NCBI GenBank assembly: GCA_002269645.1
Contig: NIVC01001941.1
Location: forward strand, 1 to 64,000
Reading direction: 5' to 3'
Length of the DNA stretch: 64,000 bases
Origin: Macrostomum lignano
Taxonomy: Eukaryota
Positions within the stretch are counted from its first letter, which is position 1. Each line of letters begins with the position of its first letter. Under the pieces are notes generated by a model. The model saw only the letters and a program-made list of their open reading frames with translations, did no database searches and was not told where the DNA came from. A program made the position numbers and the translations under genes. Of the stretch, positions 13,191-24,336 are shown piece by piece.

Positions 13191-14004
13191 AAAAAGTCTT
13201 TTAGTTTTCCTGACGTTGAAAAGTTTTAATTAAAAAAATTGTACTCTATGAAAATTCGAACCATCGTCGCTGCATTTAGCAGTTCAGTTTGTTCACCTCT
13301 AGGCTAGCTCTCATCGATCGTTTTGATAACATCAAATTTTGCACTTATATAATTCAACACTTTAAAATCCAAGCATAGAGTAAATCACACGAAGCAGTTA
13401 TGACATAATCAGTTTCTCAGTCAGTCAGTATCAGTTAACAATATGGTTACGCAATTTAAATCAAGTCTGGTGCTACGCTTCCACACTGCATTTTCAATTC
13501 AAGTCGGAGTTACAATTCAGTTATGATGCAATCTATTTCAGAATCAGAATTCAACCAGTCAGTTTTTTCTCTAGCATTCTTACAATGCATTTCAAGTCGA
13601 AAAGTTTGCTTGACCTTTGCAAAAAAGCATGTTTTTCGAATATTTAATGCCTTTAGCATCGAGAAATTTCTTAGCCACGATGCATGTACAGTCACGGGAA
13701 AATTTCTGATCGAACAGTGCAAGTTCGAACAAAATCGGTCCAGCCATTTTTTCTCTAATCGATCACATAGACACAGACAGACCATTTTTAGTATATAGGA
13801 TTCTGGCTGCGCAGTGCTTTACTCAATAAGAAACACTAATACGCAAAAATACATAGTATATGGATTCTGGCTGCGCAGTGCTTTACTCAATAAGAAACAC
13901 TAATACGCAAAAATACAAACAACTAAAGCATGAAGCGGCTATCGTTCGTAGAGATGAGAGCGTTAAAGCGATGAGAGATGCCTGATCCCAAGGTATCAGC
14001 AACT

Positions 14005-14780
14005 CCAATCCCGATCCCAGATTCCAGGTTTCAGATCCTATTCCAGATTACAGATCCTAGATTACAGATCCCAAATCCCAAATCCCAGATCCCAGACTCT
14101 AGATTCCAGATCATAGCATCCCAAATCCCAGATTCCAGACTCTAGATCCTAGATCATAGCATCCCAAATCCCAGATCCCAGACTCTAGATTCCAGATCAT
14201 AGCATTCCAGATCCCAGATCCCAGACTCTAGATCCTAGATCATAGCATCCCAAATCCCAGATCCCAGATTCCAGATTACAGATCCCAAATCCCAAATCCC
14301 AGATCCCAGACTCTAGATTCCAGATCATAGCATCCCAAATCCCAGATTCCAGACTCTAGATCCTAGATCATAGCATCCCAAATCCCAGATCCCAGACTCT
14401 AGATTCCAGATCCCAGATCCCAGACTCTAGATCCTAGATCATAGCATCCCAAATCCCAGATCCCAGATTCCAGATTACAGATCCCAGATCCCAGATCCCA
14501 GATCCCAGATCCCAGATCCCAGATCCCAGATCCCAGATCCAAGATTCCAGATCCCAGACTCTAGATTTCAGATCATAGCATTCCAGATTCCAGATCCCAG
14601 ACTCTACATCCTAGATCATAGCATCCCAAATCCCAGATCCAAGATCCCAGATCAAAGATCCCAGATCCTAGATCCCAGATCCTAGATCCCAGATCAAAGA
14701 TCCCAGATCCTAGATCTTAGAATTTCAGATCCCATATCCTAGTTCTTACTATTTCAAATCCCAAGTCCCAGATCCCAGAT
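14005..14780. repeat. 7-bp (CAGATCC)n-based minisatellite with composite units
   Basis: Tandem cagatcc/cagattc heptamers with recurring gactctagat...catagcatcc inserts. Confidence 0.9.
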
Positions 14781-14915
14781 GACAACCAATAGAAAGCAAG
14801 CGGTTGTACACGATGGTACGAGTTGCATTACGGTATATTACGAGCTAAAATCATTCGAACGAAATAATCAGGCCAGTTGAGCAGCGGTTCTGCAGTCATT
14901 CGGTGAGTCATTCAG

Positions 14916-15333
14916 TCAGTTGTCAGTGCTGGATCTTCTGGGCGTGGAGAATTTGAGACGAAAGGAGAGTTTTTTATCCTTGCAGCTGAGAATCTGCTTC
15001 CAAGCCTCCCTGAGATCCTCGCGCTCGGAGTCCGCTCCCAGGTGGATGACCCCAACGGTCTTCTGGAAGTAGTGCTGCACGCTGCCGACGCTGCCTCGCC
15101 GAAGATTCGCCATGCGGGCCGTGGGCTCCTGCTTGAGCAGCAGCTTCAGGCTGGCGCTCTCCAGACTGCTGGACTGCAGGCTGATGCGCATCTTGTGGTT
15201 GAACACCGGATTGTAGGAGTTCGTCACCGCGGCCGTGCGGTCCGACAGCACGACGTTGTGGCCGCGCAGCAGCATCAGCTTCATGTACAGGCAGGGGGTG
15301 GTGGCCGATACCGGGATGGCCGCGTTGTTCACC
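14916..15333 (-). CDS. Terminal exon encoding a synaptotagmin-like C2 domain
   Basis: Acceptor gaccgcag|GTGAAC. Translation PCLYMKLMLLRG...SYNPVFNHKMRISLQSSSLESASLKLLLKQ...VGVIHLG...WKQIL fits a C2B-type fold. Upstream exons not identified. Confidence 0.7.
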
Positions 15334-15481
15334 TGCGGTCAGTTGATGAGAAATGCTTGTTTGGGATGCGGGACTGATGACTGTCTGTCCATTAAGGTTT
15401 GCAACTCATGAGCTGCCTCAGGGGAGGGGAGGACAGAAGCTCAGAGGAGGGGAGGACAGGAACCCAGAGGAGGGAGGACAG

Positions 15482-15656
15482 TGTAATGACTCAGACTAGC
15501 TATTTAGTTTGGCGAGAGAAACGATGCACTTAAATGAGCCGACTGCTCAATTCAATATATTTATAGGCCCGAGAGCATTGCGTAATAAGAGTATTGCTAC
15601 GAGTTAGTTCATCGACCAAGCCAAGTACATTATTACCGCGCAGAGCGTACACTACA
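15482..15656 (-). repeat. 3' LTR (175 bp)
   Basis: TG...CA termini; 15482-15558 matches 19981-20057. Confidence 0.9.
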
Positions 15657-15906
15657 TCTCTCCTCATTTTGGATTAAAAGTTTTACTGCAAAAGGTTTTT
15701 AAAAAATGAAAATTACCACAAATACGAGTAAAATCTGGCAAAGAAGAAACATTAATAGAGAAAATGTTACTGGTTGTACATGTAATGCCTTAGCTGGAGA
15801 ATGAACAATTTTCTATCCGCAATCTCAAGACGCAAAAGCAAAATCAAACAAGATATTAGCGTCAGTCTGCCAAGCGCGAGTTATAGTTAAACCCTATAGT
15901 TCACTT

Positions 15907-17785
15907 TCACCTTGGCCTCTCGGGGTGTGGTCGCAGCGCAATTGGAGGGGTCGCGGGTTCGCTCCCCGCAGCTTGCAGGATCGGCGGTGCGGTCTCCCCG
16001 ACAGGAAAATCGGGCTCTGCATCTGGCGCTACCCGCTTCAGGTCAGTGCAGTGCCGCCTGCAAACTCTGGCGCCCTGCCGAATGGTCATCGAGTCGCCCT
16101 TGACACTCTCGACCAGCCAGGGTGTCCACTCGAACGGAGTCTCGCCCTTGAGCGGATTTAGTCGGCGCCGGAGCACCGTGTCGCCGACTTTGAGCCCATG
16201 CGGTCTCGCCTGCCGTCGCTTGTCCGTGTAGCGCTTGCCCTTTGCCTTGCTGCTGGCGTCCTGCTGTCGGAGCCTCCTGTCTGCGATGGCCACCGGTCTC
16301 GACGGCCTGATTGACGGGATGGCGTCGTTTGGGACGCGACCCAAGAGCAGCTCGGCTGGTGCCCGGTTGGTGGTTCGCTGCGGCGTGCAACGGTAGGCCA
16401 GCAGCCACTCGTCAAGGGCCGCCCTCCAGTCGCGCTTCTGGGCAATGGCAGCTCGTACAACCTTATTGATGGAGCGGTTCAGGCGCTCAGTGATGCCGTT
16501 GGCCTGCGGATGCAGCGGTGTGATGAGACGCTGCCGGATTCCGTAGCTGTCCAGAAAGCCTTTGAACTGGGCCGAGGAGAATGGCGGGCCGTTATCGGTG
16601 ACCAGTACCTGTGGGATGCCGAATCTGGCGAACGAATTCCTCAGCTTGGGAATCAGCGCTTCGGCCGTTGTGGTCTGGACGATCTCGACTTCAGGGAAGC
16701 GCGAGTAGTGGTCAACGCAGACGAGCAGCATGCTGCCTTGAATGGGGCCTAGCAGGTCTGCCCCTAGTGTTAGCCATGCAGCTTTCGGGATCGGCGTCGG
16801 CTTCAGCGGCGCGGCGGTCACGTCGGCCGCGTGCGACGTAGCTGCACAGGCTCGGCAGGCACGCACGAAGAGCTCTGCTTCTGTCTGCATCCTCGGCCAC
16901 CAGACTTTGGTGCTCAAACGGTCAACCGTCTTGCGCAGGCACTGATGACCGCGGTGTGCCAGGTCCAAAACCAGGCGCCGAAGCGCCATTGGAACTACGA
17001 TTCTCTGGCCCCGCAGGAGCACGCCGTCTGCTGCCGATAGCTCATTCCGTAGGGCGTGGAGCGATCGCGTCTCCGCCGACTCGAGGCTCCATCGTCCTGT
17101 CTCCAGCGATCGAATAGCGGCTTGAATTGTTGCATCTTGCAGCGAACTCTCTTGCACTGAGGACAGCGACAGCGCGTTCGGTATGGCCGCCTGGACGATT
17201 GCAGCGATGCAGAGGGTGTCGAGCTCTTCGCCGACATTTCTTCCTCGTGTTGGCAGCGGCTGCCGGCTCAGCACGTCCGCTGGGTTTAGTGGGCCAGGCT
17301 GGTATTCGACTGTAAATTTCATGTGCTGAATGCGCAGCGCCATTCTTTCGATCCTCGGGGGAGGCCTTGAGCCACTGCTGAACAATGCGATGAGCGGCTT
17401 GTGGTCTGTCACCACCGTAAATGTCGGAGCGCCGTGCAGATAGTACTGAAATTTCAAGCAGCCGTATTTGACGGCCAGCGCCTCCTTCTCAGTCTGGGAG
17501 TAGCGCTGCTCAACATCGGACAGCGTCCGGCTGGCGTACGCGACAGGCCGGTTGGTGCCGTCCGCTTGCGTCTGCGTTAGGATCGCGCCCAGGCCCGCTG
17601 GGCCGGCGTCGACGATGAGTTGCGTCGCTAGGCGGTGGTTGAAGAAGGCGAGGGTGCCGCTGGTCGCAATCCGGGTCTTCACGTCGTCAAAAGCTCGTTT
17701 CTCGAGGTCGGTCCATGCCCAGGGCTCGCCTTTCCTAGTCAGATTGCGCAGTGGCCTCGCTACATCCGCCAGCCCGGGGTGAATG
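15907..17785 (-). CDS. Pol: RNase H plus integrase (frameshift-separated from RT)
   Basis: IVDAGPAGLGAIL and YSQTEKEALAV (RNase H); HRGH...CRAC zinc finger; ADLLGP, VTDNGPPF and QANGITER (DDE core). Confidence 0.93.
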
Positions 17786-18701
17786 AGGCCAGATAGTTGA
17801 CCAGGCCTAAGAACGAGCGCACCTCTGTGGCGGTCTTTGGCTCGGCAAATGCATGGATGGCTTCCAACTTGGACTGGGTTGGTCTGACACCTTCACTGGA
17901 CAGCTGCATCCCCATGAACGTGACCTCGGTACGGGCGAGCTTGCATTTTAACGGATTCAGCGTCAGCCCGTGCTGCGCCAGTCGTCGCAGACATGCCTGC
18001 AGGTTGCTGTGGTGCTCCGCCACGCTGTGCCCATACACGATGATGTCGTCGTGAATCCATTTTACTTTCGGGAGTCCAGCTAGCACGGATGACATGACCG
18101 CCTGGAGAATTTCCTGGGCCGTAGACAGTCCCATACAGAGCCGTGTCAGCCGCCGCAGGCCTCGTGGTGTCGAAAAAGTCAGAAGATGGCGGCATTCGTC
18201 GGCGACTGGGATTTGATAAAATGCCTTCGCGATGTCGAGCTCTGAGAATAGCTGCGCTCCTGCCATGTCTCCCGTCACCTCCTCGAATGTCGGGATGGGA
18301 TGCCGCTCTCTGATGACCGACTTGTTCAGGTCTCTCAAGTCCTGCGTAATCCTGATCTCGCCTGGAGTCTGCTTGGGCACGACGACGATGCGGGCTACCC
18401 ACGGACAGGGGCCTTCCACCGGCTCGATGATGCCTTGGTCCTCGAGGCACTGCAGCTCGGCGTCGACTGCCTGTGCGAGATGTATTGGCACCCTTGATGG
18501 GGGATGACAGATCGGCTTGGCTCCCTCCTCCAGGAAGATGCGGGCGGCATAGTTTTTGAGCCTGCCGATTCCGCTGAAGACTTGTGCGTTCTCCGTTAGG
18601 AGTTCGTGCAGGGCCGGTGCCCCGGCGCATGTAGGACGTCCTTTGGGATCCCTGTTAGCATGCTGTCTAGCGAGACCTCGGGAGACGGACGCAGCTGGCA
18701 T
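17760..18701 (-). CDS. Pol: reverse transcriptase
   Basis: PWVARIVVVPK, RITQDLRDLN, FSELDIAKAFYQIP and WIHDDIIVYG (Mag-type xxDD). Confidence 0.93.
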   Translation of the reverse strand: MPAASVSRGLARQHANRDPKGRPTCAGAPALHELLTENAQVFSGIGRLKNYAARIFLEEGAKPICHPPSRVPIHLAQAVDAELQCLEDQGIIEPVEGPCPWVARIVVVPKQTPGEIRITQDLRDLNKSVIRERHPIPTFEEVTGDMAGAQLFSELDIAKAFYQIPVADECRHLLTFSTPRGLRRLTRLCMGLSTAQEILQAVMSSVLAGLPKVKWIHDDIIVYGHSVAEHHSNLQACLRRLAQHGLTLNPLKCKLARTEVTFMGMQLSSEGVRPTQSKLEAIHAFAEPKTATEVRSFLGLVNYLASFTPGWRM

Positions 18702-19911
18702 GCCACCTTGTTCTCCGGGCCGACTCGCAGAATCTGAAGTCTTTCAGCGCTTCTCCGGCCAATGATGCAAGCGCCCTCACCGTCGAGCACCAAGAACGGT
18801 AGTGTCTCGTGGATCTCGAACACGCTGACTTGCAGGTCTGCCTTGCCCAGCAATCTCAGCGGCTCTTGGCTTCCGTATGGGTAGACCTTGTCGCTGGCGG
18901 GCTGCAGCGCGGCTTTTTGCGGCATCCTGTCGTAGGCCGCCCTGTCGATGATGTTGCAGGCCGCGCCGCTGTCGATGAGCACCTTTGTCTTGAGCCCGTT
19001 AATTGTCGCAGGCGTCCAAGTAGAGCCGTAGTTCCTCAGGGTGAATAGCTCGTGCTCGATGGGGTCGTCTTGCAGATATTCGACTCGACCCGGCGGAGCC
19101 TCCTCCTGCGGTTCGTCAACGGTCCTCAGAGGGACTTTAGCTGCTCCTCGACACGCCCGAGCGAAATGACCCATCTTGCCGCAGCGTCGACACGCCTTGT
19201 TACGGGCTGCCTCGCACGTCTGATGCCCTGGTCGCCCGCAGCGATCGCAGTTGATGCCGCTGTCTCTTGCCGCGGCAGCCGGCCTGGTTGTATGGGATGG
19301 TCGGTTACGAGGTGGACGCAGCGCCGCCACATTCGAAGCGGAAGGATGGCCCGTGTCGGCTGCGGCGCCGATCTCCATGGCCTGGGCCTGCTGCTCCGCT
19401 GCCTCCCTCGCTCGGATTCGCTTCAAAACGTCGTCTAAGGAGACATCGTTGAGCTGCAGGAGTTCCCTCCTGATCCTCTCGGACCGGTAATGAGCCACGA
19501 TCTTGTCCCTGATGAGCGAGTCTCGGAGTTCGCCGAACGTACATTGGTCCGCAGCCTTGCGTAGCCGATGATACCAGGCCTCAATTGACTCTCCTTCCTC
19601 CTGCCGGCATATTTCAAACTGGTACCTGAGGAAGACAACGCTGTTCTTTTGGTCGAAGATACCCTGCAACTTTTTGATGAGCTCCTCCGCGGACTCTCCT
19701 TTCTTGACGCCGTTATCGTCCATGAAGTCTTCCAGCTTCTCGCCCGCAGTGTAAACTAAGAGCTCCAGCTGCTGTGTCGCATCTGTGATGCCAGCTGCGC
19801 GTATGTAGCTGTGAACCTTCGCGTCCAGGTTTTCCATCGCTGAGCTCTTGTCAGAGGATCGCCTTCGAGGTCAAAGGCGTCTGGTGCCGCGAGTTGCAGG
19901 GCCTGTGCCAT
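18596..19911 (-). CDS. Gag (two CCHC knuckles) plus aspartic protease
   Basis: CDRCGRPGHQTC and CRRCGKMGHFARAC knuckles; LIDSGA protease. The probable ATG at 19911 (MAQALQLAAPDAFDLEGDP...RWKTWTRRF) is joined by a 1-nt frameshift near 19815. Confidence 0.9.
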
Positions 19912-20057
19912 ATTTGCTGAATCACCGGTCGTTATCAGTGCGCGGGGGTTGGCCTCACTGAGAGTTTGCTTGCGACGCCATGTAATGACTCAGACTAGCT
20001 ATTTAGTTTGGCGAGAGAAACGATGCACTTAAATGAGCCGACTGCTCAATTCAATAT

Positions 20058-20243
20058 NNNNNNNNNNNNNNNNNNNNNNNNNNNNNNNNNNNNNNNNNNN
20101 NNNNNNNNNNNNNNNNNNNNNNNNNNNNNNNNNNNNNNNNNNNNNNNNNNNNNNNNNNNNNNNNNNNNNNNNNNNNNNNNNNNNNNNNNNNNNNNNNNNN
20201 NNNNNNNNNNNNNNNNNNNNNNNNNNNNNNNNNNNNNNNNNNN
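20058..20243. other. Assembly gap (186 N)
   Basis: Run of N truncating the 5' LTR. Confidence 1.
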
Positions 20244-20572
20244 TCAATTTTGGGTATTGCAGTCAGCCTTGGAGAATGATTTGCAAGATCTGAAATTGAT
20301 CCTCTCGATAGACTTCGAGCCCAGGTTCTAGGAAACAACAGCCCCCAGGCCTCAGAGGCGTCAAGAACATGCTTTCAACTTCGACTGTACTAAAGAGTGA
20401 GTTATTCCAAGGCCAACTAATTCTTCTAAAAGCATTATGAAACTACGTGGGCATCTATGGGCCTCTTCGTGATTAGATTAACAAGTGCACAAGATCTATC
20501 GTTTAAATTTAGAGACGGTCAAATTTATTTTGTTGCCAAACCAAATCTTTGATATTAATCATTCTCGTTATC

Positions 20573-21687
20573 TTATTTTCTGTCTTGATATGGTAGAAGA
20601 AACAGAAACACTGCTGCGTTAAGTCCACTGACAACAAGGTAGCTGATAAAACAAATACTATTTTTCTGTTTAATACAGAACTCAACGCAGTCGAAAAAGA
20701 TCTTAGGGCTTCGTTCACTTCGCCTTGATTGCCTTGGAGAAACAACGGTCAGGAAGTGTGAACGCGATGAGGATGAGCATCTGAGCCATGAGGAAACAGA
20801 CCGATAGCGGGATCGTGTTCATGGACTTCGGAGCCGACTGGGACGCGATCAGCACGTACAGAGTCATGGACATGATGATGGCGATGGACAGTTCACCGGG
20901 TCGCTCTTGTCACCAGCCAGGAACATGATGCTTGCGAGCAGACAGCAGCTCGAACGGACAATCACCGCACAGCGTAGTACATCCACCTGCGCTTCAGGTG
21001 GAACTTGATCTCGGTGCAAGGAAACGATTGACCATTGATAACATTAGTGCGATTGTGCTGCGATAGCTCGTTCAAATTCCACTCCCCAACTTGGTAGGAC
21101 ACTCCGTCTATCTTGTTGATCGATAAGGTGCTTAAGCACTCGAGTCAGAAGTGATGAAATAGTGCAAAGCTGATGTCTGATGTCAACTGCGCATGCAGAC
21201 CGAATCACCAGGTACACGTAGGCGTACACGAGGCCGGAGGGAAACACCGTCACTTCCAAGAGGCCAGAATTTCGAATGTCGTACAAGCTCTCCTCCTTGC
21301 TGTTCCAGAAGCCAATGTCTGGCAGCCACAGGCTGTTCCGCTCCACTCGCAGTTGATCCAATTGGCTTTCGGATGCGTTCCAAGCCAGTCTTGGTCAGTC
21401 CAGCTGATGAAGGTCCAACCGGACCACTCCAGCAGCTCGTTCTCTCCGAGTCCGTAAATGGTCTTGATCGATATGACTATCTCGACGTTCGTATTGTAGC
21501 CAAAGTTTTTGGGAGACAGTATGACGTGGCACTGCGGCAGCGACTGCGGCCCGATGGACTCCGCCAGAGCCCGGCATGCTGCCTTGTCTGCGTTGGAGGC
21601 TGGACTGATGGCGGTCAAGCGTAAAAAAGCGCTGCTCCCCATTACCAGCAACAGTCGAAAGATTACAGACCTAAGACAGGTGAGCAT
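20573..21687 (-). pseudogene. Atypical nAChR-like Cys-loop channel, copy A (disrupted, or low-quality sequence)
   Basis: Homologous to 22265-23434 (CRALAESIGPQSLPQCH, WLPDIGFWNS, M1-M3, M4 CFISYLVVSGLNAAVF). Multiple 1-2-nt deletions and a deletion inside the Cys-loop (CAVDIR-HQLC). Confidence 0.8.
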
Positions 21688-22264
21688 GGCTACGATTTGT
21701 TACTGAATATCCACGACTTTAAAAAAAATTTATAAGCTTAGAGTTTCCTTGCCTTGAGACCTGATTTTTATTCGTATAAATTCGTTAGCTCTGATTCGCT
21801 GCGAAGCCAGCTGACGCAAAACTATCCAGCATCCTTTTTCTTTCTATCTAGCAAAGGAGGTTAGAGCCAATCTCAAATCTTCAAGTTGTATAGCTTATAA
21901 CTCACTTTAAATGGGATTTTCGCAATATGGAAGGCTTTAATTTTTTTGTACAATACGCTGTAGAACAGTTTTGAAACAATAGTTTCTACTACTATTAGTA
22001 GCAATGCAAGTGGTGAAGAGTGATGAAGCTACTTTTATGGTTTAAGTTAAGTAGCATATTAAGAACGCTTGATAAAAGCGAAGCACTGAATAGAAGATGA
22101 GGAGGGCAAAGTTTCCTGATTGGTGCGAATCTGCTGGGCGGCAAACTCTTAACTATATTTGTCACCGTTTAAAGCTACCGAAGCTTCCCACTTCCCAGCA
22201 GCTTTGCATTCGATCCATTTAGAGAAATCCAATTGTCAGACGTTCTGAAGATACTTACTGTAGA

Positions 22265-23434
22265 ATGCAGCACCTGATTCAGCCAGCCAGATTCATTCTG
22301 TTGCACTGTTTTCTGATTGTCGTCCCCCCGCCGTCGGCCACCATCGATCCGGCCTCGAACGTCAACGTAGCCGCGTGCCGCTCACTGGCCGAGTCCATCG
22401 GACCGCAGTCGCTGCCGCAGTGCCACGTCATGCTGTCGCCAAGCCATTTCGGCCACGAAAACAGCGTCGCTGTTAAAATACTACTGAAGACCATCTACGG
22501 TCTGGACGACAAGGAGCTGCTGGAGTTCTCTGCCTGGATTGAGCTGACATGGACCGACCCTCGGCTGGCCTGGAACTCATCAGCTAGAGGCAGTCCACGG
22601 TACATGCGCATCGACAGGAACAGTCTGTGGCTTCCTGACATCGGCTTTCTGAATTCCAAGGGCGAGATGTTCGACATTAGAAACGCGAAATTCTCTGACG
22701 TAGTTCTTAGTGCATCAGGAGAAGCGTTTATTTACGCATTTTGCGTGGTCCAATTCGCATGCGCCCTTGATGTGAGATCCTTCCCGTTTGACAGCCAGGT
22801 TTGCGCAACCCAACTGGCCACAGTTACATCTGACGTAGCTGCACTCAACTTTTCGGCAAGGGTGAGCTACAACTACTCGGAAGACAGTGGACTCGAGCTG
22901 TACCAAGTTGGCGAATGGATCCTGCAGTCTGTTGATCATAAATCATACTTTTTTACTGCAAATGGCGCTATCTACCCGGTAGTCAACATCAAGTTCCACC
23001 TGAAGCGCAGGTGGATGTACTACGCTGTGCTGGTGATTGTCCCGTTCGAGCTGCTGTCGCTGCTCGCAAGCATCATGTTCCTGGCTGGTGACAAGAGCGA
23101 CCCGGTGAACCTGTCCATCGCCATCATCATGTCCATGACTCTGTACGTGCTGATCGCGTCCCAGTCGGCTCCGAAGTCCATGAACACGATCCCGCTAGTC
23201 GGTCTGTTCCTCATGGCTCAGATGCTCATCCTCATCGCGTTCACCTTCATCGCTGCTTTCCCTGGCAGACAGCAGGTTGCGAGCCGTGAAAGTGCAAAGG
23301 TGACGAAAAGCTGCTGGACCTTCTTGTTTCGCCACCGGGCTGTTGTGAGCAGCTGCGCCTACCTGCTGCTCAGCGGGGTGAACGCGCTCGTTTTCATCTA
23401 TGTCTGGCCCGCCCACCTGAGCGCCGATAAGTAG
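22265..23434 (+). CDS. Intronless atypical nicotinic-receptor-like (Cys-loop) ligand-gated ion channel, copy B, 389 aa
   Basis: Signal peptide, WTDPRLAW, WLPD, C-x13-C loop CALDVRSFPFDSQVC, GEW motif, four TM helices with a very short M3-M4 loop; no vicinal Cys in loop C. Confidence 0.92.
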   Translation: MQHLIQPARFILLHCFLIVVPPPSATIDPASNVNVAACRSLAESIGPQSLPQCHVMLSPSHFGHENSVAVKILLKTIYGLDDKELLEFSAWIELTWTDPRLAWNSSARGSPRYMRIDRNSLWLPDIGFLNSKGEMFDIRNAKFSDVVLSASGEAFIYAFCVVQFACALDVRSFPFDSQVCATQLATVTSDVAALNFSARVSYNYSEDSGLELYQVGEWILQSVDHKSYFFTANGAIYPVVNIKFHLKRRWMYYAVLVIVPFELLSLLASIMFLAGDKSDPVNLSIAIIMSMTLYVLIASQSAPKSMNTIPLVGLFLMAQMLILIAFTFIAAFPGRQQVASRESAKVTKSCWTFLFRHRAVVSSCAYLLLSGVNALVFIYVWPAHLSADK

Positions 23435-24336
23435 CTGCACTCTTAGCCACGATTTTTTCTTAAATAGAGCAAAAAGTTTGTCAATTTCTGACAAAAGTGA
23501 GATCGGATATCGATATTAACTTTTTTAACGAACTGTTTGACTTGAAATAGTACTATTGAGGAACTCTCAGCAACAGTAGTCCATTTAGCAAGTTATTGCT
23601 ACTGTGCCGTCAACTACTACGAGTACTACTATACCACTACAATTTAAGCTTGATTGCACCGACAATTGAATTCTCGGTTCGTTCATTTACCCAAAAATAC
23701 AACACTACGAGAGTATGCACCGCGTGCACTAAATCCTACCTACGTTGATTGTCATTGCTGTGCTGTAATAGCTGGTTCTTTGCATGTTATATTGTTTCAA
23801 TTGTTTCAATATGGCCCACCTGTCCGATCAACCAATCAAAGTTTGCAATTACAGTATAGTATTTTGATCTTGATCTATTTTGATCTAAAAAACTGCTGCA
23901 AATATTCAAACAAGCATGCAGCTCTCTACCATTTTACGCGAACAAATAAAGAAACTTTATCTGTTACATAAGAAAACATGCAGCAGGTTCTGACGGGTCC
24001 TTGCATGAATTAGTTTTAGATTTATTTTACTAATCGGGGTCGTATCACTAAAACGTGTATTATTGCAATATTAGTTAGTTAATGCTTTATTCGACTTTGT
24101 ACTAAGTTAAGAAACAGTACAAATGAGATGCGCGCTAACTACGAGCATATTAGCTGAAATATAAATAAGCCATTGGAATCGTGCATTCGAAAAATTATTT
24201 CCGAACTTCAAAGATTGAGTTGACTGAGTTGAAGCATTTGTTTTGCAAAATTCTGTCACCATGATTTCTCATTGAAACATTCACCACTAATTGCCGAAAG
24301 TTTTGGAGTTCAAATTGTCCTTTAAAAGCTACTTGG

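Larger units (their letters stand above)
11227..13800 (-). mobile_element. Non-autonomous Helitron-like element (E1)
   Basis: Minus strand reads ...gccagaA|TCCTATATACTAAAAA at 13800, an A|TC start. 3' hairpin plus CTAG at 11227-11253. Confidence 0.75.
15482..20057 (-). mobile_element. Ty3/Gypsy LTR retrotransposon, Mag-like
   Basis: 175-bp 3' LTR at 15482-15656 (minus TGTAG...TTACA). The 5' LTR is identical from 19981 until the N gap at 20058. PPT AAAATGAGGAGAGA at 15657-15670, PBS TGGCGTCGCAAGC at 19968-19980, and gag-PR-RT-RH-IN order. Confidence 0.95.

Noticed and set aside
15912-19638. Numerous short overlapping ORFs in alternative frames of the retrotransposon
   Set aside because: Shadow ORFs of GC-rich gag-pol sequence; likewise for those overlapping the channel, C2 and P450 genes.
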